A stretch of DNA of 64,000 nt from Somniosus microcephalus (GCA_052327205.1 CM126224.1:25544001-25608000); one strand, 5' to 3'; counted from the stretch's first letter, positions 27,610-40,729 are shown. Made by a program: numbers and translations. The notes: generated by a model from the letters alone, not told the origin.

Positions 27610-28175
27610 ACATGTTATTTACAGTACTGAAACAGGCCATTTGGCCCAACAGGTCTGTTGTTTCTGCTCCACACAAGCCTCCTCCCACCTTGCTTCATCT
27701 CACCCTATCAACATATCCTTCTATTCCTTTCTCCCTGATGTATTTATCTAGTTTCCCCTTAAATGCATCTATGCTATTCACCTCAACCGCTCCAAGTGAT
27801 GGTAAGTTCCACATTCTGACCACTCTGAGTAAAGAAGTTTCTGCTGAATTCCTTATTGGATTTATTGGTGACTATCTTATATTTATTGCCTCAAATTTTG
27901 GACTCTCCCAAAAATGGAATCATCTTTTCAACCTCTACCCTATCGAACCCCATCAGAGTTTTAAAAACCTCCAGCAAGTCACCTCCGCCTTCTCTTTTCT
28001 AGAGAAAAGAGCCATAGCTTGTTCAGTCTTCCCTGATGTTTATAACCTCTTCTGTTATTATCCTTGTAAATCTTTTTTGCAGTGCCTTTATATCCTTTTT
28101 GTAATATGGAGACCAAAACTGAGTGCAGTACTCCAAGTGTGATCTAACCAAGGTTCTCTAAGTTTAACATAACTT
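27610..28175 (-). mobile_element. CR1 LINE 3' fragment
   Basis: aggccatttggccc tail and gaccaaaactgagtgcagtactccaagtgtg (HLEYC.QFWSP on the minus strand). Confidence 0.85.
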
Positions 28176-28774
28176 GCTATACAGTACTACCTTTTCTCTT
28201 GTCTCTCCCTAGGTCATCCTAATAGTTCCTTTGGTGGGTGCCTACTGTATATACAACAGCAAATACAATATTTTTTTGCTGGTGCAACTGAATTTTAATG
28301 AGATTCCCAAATTTATTTCCTTTTTATCAAAGGTTTTATTTTTCCCTCACCTTCCTCTCCCTGCCCAACCCCATGCTACTCATGCACCTAGACTCCAGAT
28401 AGACGATTTCTACCCAGGCAGGTGCCTCTTAACTGCTACAAAAGCCACAAGGGTTGATGCTCTTACTTTTCACTATTTGTGATAAAGGCCCTGTGGAAGA
28501 GAGCACCCTTGCAAAATTAAAGCTATCTGACAAGTGTTTATCCCAAATGTGGAACAAATTTCTAAGGCGGTTCCCTTTGGGATCTCTGCAAAGTAGCACA
28601 TAGGTTAATCTGATGTTTTCACCGACACAGTTTGGAAGGCGCTGTAGCTGGGGGCAAGCAGTTTGGCAAAGTCATTTTCAGGTCTGCTGAAGCACTTCAA
28701 CCAGATCTCTCTCCCAAAGTGTGTTGTTTAGATTTATAAATTATATTTGGGAGAATGAAGAAAAAGAGATGGGC

Positions 28775-28895
28775 ACCAGTTCTGATGAAAGGTCATTGAC
28801 CTGAAACACAAAATTGACCGGATTCTCTCTCCACAGATGCTGTCTCACCTGCTGAGTGTTTTGGAGCACTTTCTGTATTTTTTTCAGATATGCAG
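28775..28895 (+). mobile_element. Penelope-like terminal-repeat fragment with a partly decayed hammerhead
   Basis: AGTT CTGATGA A AGGTC-ATT-GACCT GAAAC at 28778-28807, followed by ctctctccacagatgctg...cctgctgagtg. The cleavage-site region is degenerate. Confidence 0.7.
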
Positions 28896-29479
28896 AATTA
28901 TGTTTGTTCTTATAAAATAATTTTCTTTATAATTAATTGCTATTGAATATTTTTTGACTTATGGAAAAGATTGGTAATTTGACCTTCGCCTTTCAAAGCA
29001 GTATGCTGAAATTTGGCACATGGGTGTTGTGAAGAACCTAGGAGGAGGAAGGTCCTGGGATGACCTGTATCCTCCACACTGGCAACAAACAGTTGATAGA
29101 TGTGCTATTCAAGTGACCGGGTCATGAAAAACATTCCTTGTGAGTTCAGCTGGTTTTCAGTAATTACTCATGTTTTGTGTGGAAAACCATCTTCATTTAA
29201 GAAACAAAAACTGGTGTCTCTTTGTGGACATGTTTGTACAGTACAGAAGTTTTATATAAAATTCAGTCCCATCAGCAGCTGTGTTATCATAGTACACATT
29301 TCAGTACCTAAAAAGAGATCATTTGTTTTCATAATGTTCTAGATATATTGACTATTGGGATGTAACTTTTGGGGGAGGAAATACTGACTGATCATTTCGT
29401 GATTAAATTTTTGCCTATGCAATTGATTCAATATCAACTTTGTATGTTACTGATTTAATGTTACAGAAGTGTTAGTTAT

Positions 29480-29870
29480 TTCTCACCAATTTTCTCCCCT
29501 ATCCTGCTCTCGTGAAGGTGTTATCTCTTTTTATTAGGGTTTGATTGTCCTCGCTCCAAACAGCCAATATTAATGTGGAAACATTGGCTCTGAATGGTAG
29601 GTGGTGTGACCATAGGAGCATTGTAGCTGAACCCAATTCTAAACTCATTTAGATGTCCACATCTGCATAGTTCTAGCAGCCAATGACAATTAGAAGTGGG
29701 AACCTTGCCTAATTTTCCTGCTCCTTACTTGGGATTGCTAAGTCCAAATATGTCGTCCTTTTTGCCAGTGAAGAGTTAATACGGCACAGACCGGGATCAA
29801 ATCTGGGACCTTCCTGGTTGGTTTGGGCTTAGGTGCTCACTGGAAAAGCCAACTGAGCCTTTGGAGGAAT
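29480..29870 (-). mobile_element. Old tRNA-derived SINE; related fragments at ~18680-18910 (-) and ~45245-45490 (+)
   Basis: Minus-strand A/B-box-like ggctcagttgg and ggtcccagatttgatcccgg; body partly shared with the other two loci. Confidence 0.5.
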
Positions 29871-30519
29871 GTTTGGCCAGCACTGTTGAAGCCAGGAGTT
29901 CACTGGGGACGTGTCCAGATCAATGTTTTACCTTTCCGTGGTATATCCTTCCATACCACTAGTGCTGGTGGAGCAAGGGTTCTCTGTTGTGATCCATAGG
30001 TCATGCTATTGTTTGACCTGATATTGGGTAGTGAAAGATGCACTCCGAATTGTAGGAGGCATGAGGTCTGTTTACAGGAGTGACTGGTGACGTTGACCCC
30101 GATAGAATATCTTGCACAAAACCCCCAAGATTGTGAGATGAGCCATGTCCTTGCATTGTGACAATTACTTCTACTGATGGTTTGCCATGACTTCAAGAAC
30201 TTCCTTGTACAGGCATAGTTCAGAAACAACAGAAATTTCAACTTCGTAACCCAATTTTGTAAAACAAAACTGATGGTTGTGCTGAGAGTCCAGTCTTTTT
30301 AGATCTTTCATTACAAAACTAACATACTCAATATTACATACTACAAAATGTCTAATTTAACTGTTGGTATTTGCAGAGGTTTAATGCATGTTAATACAAT
30401 AGAGAGCGGTTGTTTTTCAATGCAGTGTGGTTTTTAAGTTAGAGGTATTGTTTGCCTTCTACACTATCACTGTGCTTCTGTCGGATTTTTTTTTTTTTAA
30501 TTGAGAAACCAAGGTGAGG

Positions 30520-31420
30520 GGCCAGGGAATATAGGACTGAAAGGCTGGAAGAAAATAAAAGCCGAGGTGAATCACAAAATAGTGATTAGGTGGTGCCAAG
30601 CTTGGTTTTTTAAAACCCTAAGACTGTAGGTGCAGGGGGAAACGGAGAGAAATAGGGAATTCCACAGTTTAGATGTCCTGGGTTAAAATTTGTTTGGACA
30701 GGAATGGTCTATAATAAATCTTAATTTCAGCACAGTGGGGATGTAAGGGGGAGGGAGAGCATGGAACATACCATATTTGCATCTTAGAATGAACAAAAAA
30801 CAAAGTTCTAAAGAGCACTAACCAAAGTAGTATTGATCAAATGTGAACAAGCAAGATTGGCAACTAGAAGTGAGAAAGGAATCCCACAATCAAATGACAA
30901 ACCTTTTCAATATCTCGTGCAGGAATGTGAGAGCGGTGCCAGAAGAGTCTGCTCTGAAATGGGAAAAGTACTGCCTTCGAGAAACTTGGGTTTTATGGAA
31001 GTGTCAGAATCGTTGAGGTGCCTTTTACCTGTAGCAGGTTAAGAGTTGCAGAGCGGAAAGTATGATTTTGAGGCAGCTTTAGCAATAGAAAAAATTCAAG
31101 GGTGTGGAGCCATCAAAGTTGAGAAATGATGGCTCTTGCGAGAAGAAACGAGTGTTACATTGTCCTGTTGAAAGGCATGGAAGAGATCAAGATGTATTGA
31201 TACAGCTATTGAACTGAGAGGACTGGAGGTTCCAAACACTGAGGGTGTGCAATCTGAAGGAAATTGAATTTAGATTGGCATCATCAGTACAAGGGTGGTT
31301 AAGGTTCGATGGTGAGAGAAGGAAGTTATCAATATGAAGCAGGAATAGAATGACAAAGGACAGAGCCTGATGATGGAAGCTGTTTTGAAGTGCCAGCGCA
31401 TCCCTGACTTTCTGTAAGAT
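30520..31420 (-). mobile_element. Very old L2 fragment
   Basis: Purine-rich stretch with the minus-strand remnant CTDDANL and L2-like C-terminal motifs. Confidence 0.5.
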
Positions 31421-31949
31421 TCTTGACAAAGAACTGCTGGGTTCTTCCGTCAGTTTTGTTTTGCAATTTTTAATTGACATAGATTTTAGGTCTGATACTA
31501 AGTAAGTAGCTGAAAGCTGGAGCAAGAATTGATTCAAAACCTTGTTTATTATTTCATGAGTGATGAAGTTTTCTAAAATGTCAGTGTTGATATTTCAGGA
31601 CTTGTTCCAAAATATTCAAAGAAGTAACAGAAGTTCCATGCATTTTTAAAAATTGTACATGCATGATGTATGCAAATAGCATTCTGCTAAGAAAAGCTGC
31701 ATATGAGGTGTGTGGAAGTTCAGGAGCCCCATTTAATTAAAAAAAAAAAAAAAAAAACCCTCCATATGTTGTTTTGCTGCTGAAGAGATTCTTGCATCCC
31801 CGAGTGGTGACCAAGTACCCAACCATCTGAAAATCTGAACCAACTGCTTCCATGTGGAATTTAATTTTGCCATCCTTATGTAAACATACTGCACTAAAAT
31901 AATTCAATTCGTGCCACTACATCAGCCTGATAGTGATTTTGGTCTCCTT

Positions 31950-32065
31950 CCCTAATATCTCTGTGCTCTGTGTGTCAAATTTTGTTTGATAAATGCTCCT
32001 GTGAAGCACCTTGGGACATATTACTATGTTAAAGGTACTATATAAATGCAAGTTATTGGTGTTGC
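31950..32065 (+). mobile_element. L2 3' tail
   Basis: gtgtcaaattttgtttgata...gtgaagcaccttgggac...tatataaatgcaagtt, matching 34905-34995. Confidence 0.75.
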
Positions 32066-34374
32066 CCTATTTTCACTATACGTCCATGAACTATAAGCAT
32101 ACATCAACTTTCTAGTACCAAATATTTTTAAAAAATATATAATGCAAGAACTCCGCACTGGCTGGGGGTCGTGCACACTGGAGATATCCTGACTACAAAT
32201 AGTTATTCGTGTATTCTTCTACCTTGCGTTCCTGCAGAAATAAAATTTTTATGATGTATGCAAAACCTGTCTTAGCCGAAGCTTAAACATTGAGGTGGGA
32301 GAGCAGGGGATCAAATTTAACATTTTACGTTGTGCACAATTGTAGATTGTCCTTCTAACATTGCTGTTACTACATTAAAAGTGGGCATGATCTCACGGAC
32401 ACCAGTAAGTTCAATAAAATGGCTCCATTTTACTCAAAATGGTAAGTTGACCAATTTCCACAAATCAATCTTGAAATGTTTGCCAATTAACCCTGGTGTT
32501 CCTGTTCGCACTGCAGCCTGCATTGATGCGCGCCTGCTATTTGACCCCATCTGCCAATTTGTCCATGGTGCATCAATGAAGATTTGAGAGTGAACGAATG
32601 GAAAGCAGCCAATTAGATGCAATACAAAAGATGATGCTTATTAAGTATCTGCATTATTGCATCAAATTTTTTTCCAAGGAAGTATCTGTTCATGGTCTTT
32701 TAAATAACGGGAGTGTTGTTTGTAGAAACTGCTGTACATTGCCAGTATTTACCACATTAGTGAAGGTTATTGCAGGTTGTTTTAACACATCAAAGCCCAC
32801 TAATGCAAGTTTTGAGAACTTAAAATAAATTTTTCAAAATACACTCATGCTGTACAATTGCTTGATCGTACATGCATTTGTGATACACAATTGAACTCTT
32901 AAGGATAACTGAAATTTTGCGAGATAGCTAATGTACTTGATTTATCTGGTATTTTGTAAAATTTACACATCTAGAACAATAGAATTTACAGCATGAAAAA
33001 AGTCCGTTCAGCCTATTGTGCTTGTGCTAGCTCGTCAACTCAGGCTCTCTGTTCCAATCCAATTTCCCTGCCCTTTCCCTGTTTCCTTTTATATTCTTTC
33101 TTTTCAAATACAGTACTTAGCCAATTCCCTTTTAAATTATGTTACTGTGTCTGGCTTTAATAGCCACTGGTGATAAAGCATTCCATGTTCTTGAGATCCT
33201 CCATATGAAAACGTTCCTTCTAATTTTTTCCCTTCATTCTTCCAGTAATAATTGTTGGTCTGTACTCCCCTTGTTACCAATTTGTCAACCAGTAGAAACC
33301 TTTCACTTTTCACCCTTTTGAAAACCTGCATTTTTACACCTTTAACTTTTATTCCAGTGAAAAAAGCCCCCATTTTTTGAGATTTGTTTCATAGCTATTC
33401 CTGATTGTACTCTGATTCCTGTTATCTTTTTGGTAAATTATGCTGTACCCTTTCCAAGGTCTAATATTCTTACTATCATCGGGTGCCAGAACTGCAGGCA
33501 ATATTACATGTGTGGTCTAACTAGTGTCTTGTAACATCATCTGTTTTTATCTTCAAATGCTCATTGTGGAAAACCCAGTATTCCAGTTGCCTTTTTATGT
33601 CCTTGTCTACCTGCGCTCCCACCTTTTTAAGGGTAGGTATCTGTACCTCTAGATTGCTCTCCTGCCACTGAGTCCTAACCATTTAGCATAACATTTATTT
33701 TGTTCTTTTTCCCAAAACTACATTTTTCTGCATTGAACTACGTCTGCCCATTTGGCTATCCAATTATCTTCCTGCAGTCCCCTGTATTTTCCTTTGCAAT
33801 TTGCTGTATTTCCTAATTTGGGATCAACTTTAAAATTCCTCTTTTGTATCTATGTCCAAATCATTTGTATAAATGGGAAACAAAAGCATTCACACCACAT
33901 CTGGGGCACACCATTACACATATCCTGGCTATTTGCATAATGTTTGTTTACCTCTTTGTTGCTTTCTGTTTCCTAACAACCACTCTATCCATGTGGTTAC
34001 ATTCACTTAAATATCTTGTACCTTAATTTTTGTAACATGCCTCTTGTATTGCACCTTATCAAATGCCTTCAGAAAAGATATCCTCCACTACATTCTTTCT
34101 ACCTATATACCCTCTGGATTTTCTTCAAAAAGTTCAATTTTCTAAGTGTTTATTATTTTCATCCAGTAATATGGATGCTAGAAGTTTACCCACAAATGTG
34201 GTAAGATTAATTGGCTTGTAATCTCCTAGTTTACCCTTTAATGCTTTCTACTTTATTTGAACAGGGGTGTAATATTTGCCATGCTACTGTCCTTCGGCAC
34301 AATTCCCATTTCCTGAGATTTTTGGGGAAAATTATGGTTAGTATTTCTGCTATTTCCTCCCCAGCCTCCTTCAC

Positions 34375-34996
34375 AGAAACTGTCATCCATGCCTATGTTA
34401 CCTAAGCTCACTTATTCCAATGCGCTCCTGGCTGACCTTACACCCGCCATAAACTTGAGCTCACCCAAAACTCTGCTGCCCGTATCCTAACTTGCACCAA
34501 GTCCCGTTCACCTGTCACCCTGTGCTTGTTGACCCACATTGGCTGCCGGTCCAGCAGCGCCTCAGTTTTAAAATTCTCACCCTTGTTTTCAAATCCCTCC
34601 GTGGCCTCGTCTCTCCCTATCTTGGTAACCCCCTACAACCAATGTTCTCGCTAAGCTGTGCAGCTGTCTGGAGATCCCGCGCAGGCTGGTCACCAGCTTT
34701 TCAGTGTGAGATTTCGGGCATTTGAATGGGCCGCGCAGCCCGTTAAAGGGACTGCGCACCCAAAAATAAAATTGGGGGGAACATTGCCTGCAACCCTCCG
34801 TCAATGGCCTTTTGTGCATCCCTGATTTTCTTTTTACCACTTGGTGGCCATGGCTTCAGCTGCCTAGGCCCTAAGCTCTTTCTGTCCTATTATCTCCTTA
34901 TGTGGTTCGGTGTCAAATTTTGTTTGATAATTGCTCCCGTCAAGCACCGTGGGACGTTTACTACGTTAAAGCTGCTATATAAATGCAAGTTGTTGT
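34375..34996 (+). mobile_element. L2 LINE 3' fragment
   Basis: HWLPVQQRLSFKILTLVFKSL; tail ctatataaatgcaagttgttg. Confidence 0.85.
34640..34786. mobile_element. 147-bp hAT-type MITE nested in an L2
   Basis: TIRs CAATGTTCTC / GGGAACATTG, 8-bp TSD CCTACAAC / CCTGCAAC. Confidence 0.8.
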
Positions 34997-36030
34997 CTGC
35001 TACCTGGGCCTGGTGACTTCTGTTTTTATTCCAGTTAACTTTTTTTGTTAAATGCAGTGTCCTTTGGAATATTTATCTCCAGTAGTGGCTCTCCCACATC
35101 CTTCTCAGCAACTTCTATCTTTACCTTCCCCTAAAAACTGATGCAAAATACTTCTGCAGTGTCTCCACTCATTCTTTCATGGCCTCCACCCATTCTTTGA
35201 CTATCCTTTAGCTTATTGTGTGCTTCTGAGTTTACTTGTGAGTTTACGGTTTCCCTTTGTTGACTATTACTCTTCTTTCCTACTTCCTGTTAGCCTTCCT
35301 ATTCCAACTTTTTGCTTCCTTTCCATATCATTTTTATTCCTTATAGTTTTATTCTGTATTATCCACCTATATTTATCATATGCCCCTCTTTTAAATTACA
35401 TCCATGGAAATCCCTGTCATTGACAGACCTCCCTTACTCCTAGTTGGAATGTATTTAACCTGTACCGCATCCATTTAGTATTTAAAATATCCTTACTGAA
35501 GGTCCTTGGTTTGATCTGCCATTTCTTCGAATCAATTAATCTGGGGAGGACCTCTTTCACCCCACTGAAATGGTGAATTGTCATCCTACACACTTATCTT
35601 GGGCTCCTTTTTGTTTTTATTTATTCTTGATGTGAACCTAATTAGGTTACCAATTGTCCCAAGTGTCCTCTTTAGGTCACCTACATGTCCTATTTCATTG
35701 CACAGAAGGAAATCTAGTATTGCACCCTTTCTTGTTATGTGCAACTTACTGATTAAGTAAATGGTCCTGGATGCATTCAGAGAGTCCCTCCATTTTGAGT
35801 AATTTTCACAATGATTTGCAACCATTTCTTAAGTGCAAGATGTGTTAAAAGTCGTCACTTAAATAAAGAACATTTACTTAATAATGATCTTACATTGTTA
35901 AGAAGCAGAAGGAACTTGTATTTATATAGCACTTTTTACGTCCCCAAAATGCATTACAGCCAGTGAATTACTTTGAAGTGCGGTCACTGTTTTGTAAGCA
36001 AATGAGTCAATTTGCATACAACAATATAAT

Positions 36031-36236
36031 AGCAAAATACTGCGGGTGCTGGAAATCTGAAATAACAACAGAAAATGCTGGAAACGCTCAGCAGGCCAGG
36101 CAGCATCCGTGGAGAGGGAAACAGAGTTAACGTTTCAGGTCTGTGACCCTTCGTCAGAACTGGAAAAAGTTAGAGATGTAACAGGTCTTAAGCAGGTGCG
36201 GAGGCAGAGAAAGGGGGAAGGGAAGAAAGAACAAGA
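36031..36236 (-). mobile_element. Penelope-like element terminal-repeat fragment containing the hammerhead, inserted in a SINE
   Basis: Shares the block gcaaaatactgcgg.tgctggaaatctgaaataa.aacagaaaatgctgg...gtggagag with three other loci in the window, and interrupts the SINE at 35910-37300. Confidence 0.7.
36125..36161 (-). ncRNA. Minimal type I hammerhead ribozyme motif (Penelope-type)
   Basis: Minus strand reads AGUU CUGACGA A GGGUC-ACA-GACCU GAAA CGUU AACU: both core boxes, a 5-bp stem II, palindromic ACGU stem III and stem I AGUU/AACU. Confidence 0.8.
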
Positions 36237-36396
36237 TGCAACTGGACCTTTTGCATCCTCCCGAGCAAGCAGATAGGGCTTTGGTTTCATGTCCCAACGA
36301 AAGAGGGTACCTTTGACAATGCAGCACTCCCTCAGTACTGCACTGAAGTATCAGCCTATATTATGTATTCAAGGCCGGGAGTGAGGCTTGAAACAT

Positions 36397-37265
36397 GGGG
36401 AAAATTTGGTTGGTTTGCGCCTCCCGCTAGCACCTTAAGAGGGCGCTAATGGGGCGCAAAGCAACTAGCACCCGGGCGCGGCGATGTTTGTGCCGCTCGC
36501 GGAATTGACCAGACATTTTGAGGCGGCGCTAAACACTAACGCCACAATTTCCTGCGCCCGCAGATTGTGGCGTCAGTCGAGCGTGTAGCACCCGGACCGG
36601 ATATTGAGTGGCGGCCCTTGCCTTACCACCTGCCGCTAGCAACAACAGGTTGAGGGGACCGTTTTGCAGTCGGGAAGGGACTGTGGGAGCGCTATTTAAA
36701 GGCGAAAGCTTCCTGCCTCTCTTTGTTGGCGACATTTTTGCACCACGCATTCTGAGAGAGAAAGAGAGAGACTTCTGGAGATATTCTACGCTGTGTTGAG
36801 TTTTGGGTACTGAGCAGCACTTTGCAGGTTCATTATGATTTGATCTTCCTTGCATCGATTTAGAAGAGACTGTGGGGGCTGCACTCTGAGCTCTTTCCCC
36901 GGGCCCCTCCATTGTTTGTTCCAGCAGATTTGATGTACAGGTCTCTCCAGGCCGAGATTCAAGGCTGCGATGAGCAGGGTTTGGATGGAGAGCAAGATCG
37001 ACCCTCACCTTTAAGAACTGGCCGGCGCCAGTGTGTCCGTGTTCCATTGATGACTGACATCACATGAGCTTCGCCAGCACTCTGAGGTAGCTCCTCGGCG
37101 TTGGCGTCTTAAGGGAGGTGTGTAGTGCCTGATTTAGCGCTCCAATCACCTCCAGGGGCAATAGAAGCCAAGTTTGCAGTCGGAAGTGATAATTAGCGCC
37201 AGGCGCTAAACTTTGTGCCCGGCCGATAATTGCTCCCCAAACGGGGCGATACCGAATTTCTCCCC
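36397..37265. mobile_element. Harbinger-type MITE nested in a SINE head
   Basis: TIRs GGGGAAAATTTGGT / ACCGAATTTCTCCCC, CAT duplicated on both sides, repeated GGCGC/GCGCC subterminal motifs. Confidence 0.78.
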
Positions 37266-38814
37266 CATGGTCTCTGCCTCACGGTCTATAGCTCCACCAC
37301 GGCTGTTGTTATGACATAGGAGTGACGATTAAGAACGTTTTGATATTTTTATAGAAGTTTAAGAAATTGCAAGTAAGTATTCCTTTTACTGGACAAATGA
37401 GTTACGGCTCCCCTTATTTTGAAGTGTACAGCTGATTGTATCGCCAGCAACCCTTCAATGCTTGATTCAATTTTACCCATGAATAACGTTAACTATATTT
37501 TCCAACAATTAAATCTGATGCTTCTGTTCAATACCATTTGGAATAGGCCAATGCAACACAGAACAACTTTGTTTGAGAAGATTTGTAGAAAAGTGATCAG
37601 TAAACAATGGTAGCCTTGTTGATTTTTTAGTTGAGAAACCTATGTGAGGTACCAAGACCATACCACCAAAGTTTTAAAAACACAGATAAGATAAAATAAA
37701 TCAAGAGGCAGCGATTAAGTGATATCTGGCTTGGTTGGAAGCTTGAAGTTTGAGGTCTTGGAAACTAATGTTGGAATGTTTTTGACGTGTGCATTAAGTT
37801 TTTCAAAGCATTCATTGTCACTTGTGCCAAACATGAATATTTCTATTATAAACAAGTAAGTCAGTCTTTTAAAATAATTCAGAGAGGTTCCTGTCCTTGT
37901 TGGGAATCAATTTAATCAAACTACTGCAATCTTAAACTCGACTGTATCATAAATGTAAATTTTTGGTGCCTTTTTAATGGCATTTTTAAATGGTTCTCGG
38001 CTATTGAATGTTATGAAATACTTTATGTTCTTTTTAGTAATTTACAAGAGTATTAATGACTGTACTGCAACCTTTATCTAGTGATACATCATCTGATAAT
38101 GGATTGAAGAATATGTTTCTCCAATGGTATTTGATTAAATCGGTACATCGATATTTAAGTCTTTGAGGGACACCCTGTACTCTAAGGATTAATAGAGTTT
38201 GGAATGTGTAATTCATTCTTATAGTGATAAAAATCCTATTTTAACATTTAAAGCTTATTGATTTTTCTGGAAAATGATTTAAAGAGATAGAAGTCTTAAA
38301 AATTACATTTGAACACCACTGGCAATGATGTTGTGTTATCAGTATAGAATATGGCATTAATGGAATAGATCACGTAACTGTGAATTATTTATGTGGTCCA
38401 GATCTTCTCAACGCAGGGGTTTTATCTACCCAGTGTGGATGAATGCTCATTTTTTGAATCACGAGCTTACTGTTCCTTTCATTGTTCTATTACTTGCATA
38501 GGATGCTGTATACAAAAGCGAGGCTATATTTTGCTTCTGATGCACGATGGTAACACCAGATTAATCATTTTGCAATAATTTTTGTGAACATTATTCATAT
38601 CATCATTTTATATTGCAATTTTTTCCCCCCAGTCCTTGCGAAAGAGTATATTTGAATCGATCAGCAAAGTATAACATTTGAATAAAAAAAGTGTCCGTTG
38701 GAATTATATATGGGACAGGATTATAGTTTATAAATATGGCCATTCTAGCGCATTGCCCCCAGAATATTCCTGTAACAAAAAAAAGTTCAGATGTATTGAA
38801 ATTGAGGTGACGTT

Positions 38815-39130
38815 GGGCGCCATGTAATGCAGTGGGTCCTCTGACCTCTGGGACCTAGGTCGGAAACCAGCCCAGGCTAATGGAATTACTGTATCTTCTC
38901 TGCTGGCTTAAAGGGTTCAAAGTTGGTCTCAACAGACATGATTTTACAACACAACACCTTAATAATGTAGCACAGATCAGCACTTGCTTAACTATCTCAC
39001 TGAGAAAATATGGTCAAGATGATCATTATGGGCTGGCATTATGGCAACTTGATGGGAGTCCGTGGCATGAGCTTTACTGGCTTCTGTGGTAACTGACACT
39101 CGTTGCCAAAAGTGGAAAATATTCCATTCC
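38815..39130 (+). mobile_element. LF-SINE-like ancient SINE
   Basis: cctctgacctctgggacctaggtcggaaaccagcccagg resembles the recalled LF-SINE head. Confidence 0.55.
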
Positions 39131-40148
39131 CTGCCTCCGCGATACTCGCCTGCTATATAATTACTCCCAAAAATAGAAATTTCAGTGACTTCCACAATAA
39201 CTGGAAGTGACTCATTGTAATGGCCTGAGTGCAGAATGATGACCATGTGATTCATCCATCATACAAAGAGATCTAATTTTAGTAAATTTACATAGTGGAA
39301 CGATACGGAAGCATTAAGGTTTCAGAAATAATTGTGATGTGGATTTTTATCTCCTAGGAATGTATAGATCAATCCAGGGTTAATGTAAAATATTAATAAT
39401 CTTGCGCTGTATAGCCTACTAGGTGTCGCATCTAATTTAGGTCATCAAGTAGTGTCTGAGGCAATAGCAGCATGTTTCCACCAGCATGAAGATGTTGTTG
39501 ATTACAGACAATCCTTCCATTTAGTACTTAAGACTTTAAAAAAACAATTGCTGTAATGTTAGCAATGATGAGCAAATGTGGCTTCTTTGTTTTACAAATT
39601 CTGCTTTAAAAAACAAAGCTTAGAAATGTCTGCAATGTTTTAAAGCATTTGACTTCTATACTATAGTGTGGCATTTGTTTTATTTTTTTAACCTGAATTT
39701 GTCTTTCTGCAGTGGAAGTGCCCTGTTGTCCAGTCACACTTCATATGAATAGCTGGGCTAAGTAGTACAGTAATATGGTACAGGGTTTCCCTATGACTCC
39801 ATATTTGGTGAGCTTTCAGGCTGTCTGAGAGGTTCTGACTGGAGAAGAAAACATTTGTGAAAAAATCAGACTGTCTTTTGTATATTGCAGAATTAGAGCA
39901 AGAGAAACCTCTGGAAAAAGTTCCACGGTCCAACCACTTTGTTTTAGAAGAATGCTACATGTATCGTTCTCCTAAAACAGGAGCCCCAAAGAACATTTAA
40001 AATATTTTCTGATAATTTCGTTTTGAGGTGAACAGCTCGCAGTCTGAAATAGCACTGGAAAAGTCATGTGGTTTTCCTTTCCAGTATCTGATTCTCAAAC
40101 TGATAATCGCATCTATAATATAAATGTAAATATATTTGATGTATGCTG

Positions 40149-40412
40149 AATGTTACTTTGGAGATAACCAGAGGCGACATGAGGGAACATTTTTACAAAG
40201 CGAGATGTTGTGATCTGGAATGCACTGCCTGAAAGGGCAGTGGAAGCAGATTCAATAGTAACATTCAAAAGAGAATTGGATAAATACTTGAAGGGAAAAC
40301 ATTTACAGGGCCATGGGGAAAGAGCAGGTGAGTGGGATTAATTGGATAGCTCTACCAAAGAGCTGGCACAGGCATGATGGGCTGAATGGCTGCCTCTTGA
40401 GCTGTATCATTC
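40149..40412 (+). mobile_element. Short CR1 3' fragment
   Basis: Reverse complement of the 9827/60655 subfamily 3' end: accagaggcgacatgagg...tggaatgcactgcctga...gggctgaatggc. Confidence 0.85.
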
Positions 40413-40729
40413 CACATGAGCCTTTAGGATCTTAAAAGACTGATATGACTATCACAATTTTTGAGTCCCACTAACGGTGTATAGCCGTGATCTCTTGGTG
40501 AGGTGCGGGGGAGCTGTTTTATGGACACACGCGCACTGAAATGCAAAATATATTATTCTGCTGTTAAATTGCAGCTTTGTGTACCTTGAGCTTGACCCTT
40601 TAGGCCATAAGGTGCGATTGGTATGTCTTGTTAAATCAGTTGGAAGCTGATATGTTTACGTGTAGATTCTTCTTTCAATTAGAGGTCAGAATGCCCTTTT
40701 TAATACTTTTTTTTGAAGTGTGACTCCTG

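Larger units (their letters stand above)
32975..35830 (-). mobile_element. Old, heavily decayed CR1 interrupted by an L2 3' fragment
   Basis: CR1 tail near 32980, caccttatcaaatgccttcagaaa (FQKAFDKV reverse) near 34055, endonuclease remnant ITRKGAILDF near 35720. Confidence 0.72.
35910..37300 (-). mobile_element. Deu-domain SINE split by a Penelope-like fragment and a Harbinger-type MITE
   Basis: Tail aacttgtatttatatagcac, body gcagcactccctcagtactgcactga, head remnant after 37268. Confidence 0.72.

Noticed and set aside
27612-28142. 176-aa plus-strand ORF
   Set aside because: Antisense reading of a CR1 3' fragment.
36529-37047. 172-aa minus-strand ORF as a transposase or novel gene
   Set aside because: Lies within a GC-rich MITE, has no DDE or Myb motifs, and long ORFs are expected by chance at this GC content.
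39690-39960. Acceptor-like tttgtctttctgcag as an extra exon
   Set aside because: No SIN1 similarity downstream and no convincing frame or donor; cannot be supported without RNA data.
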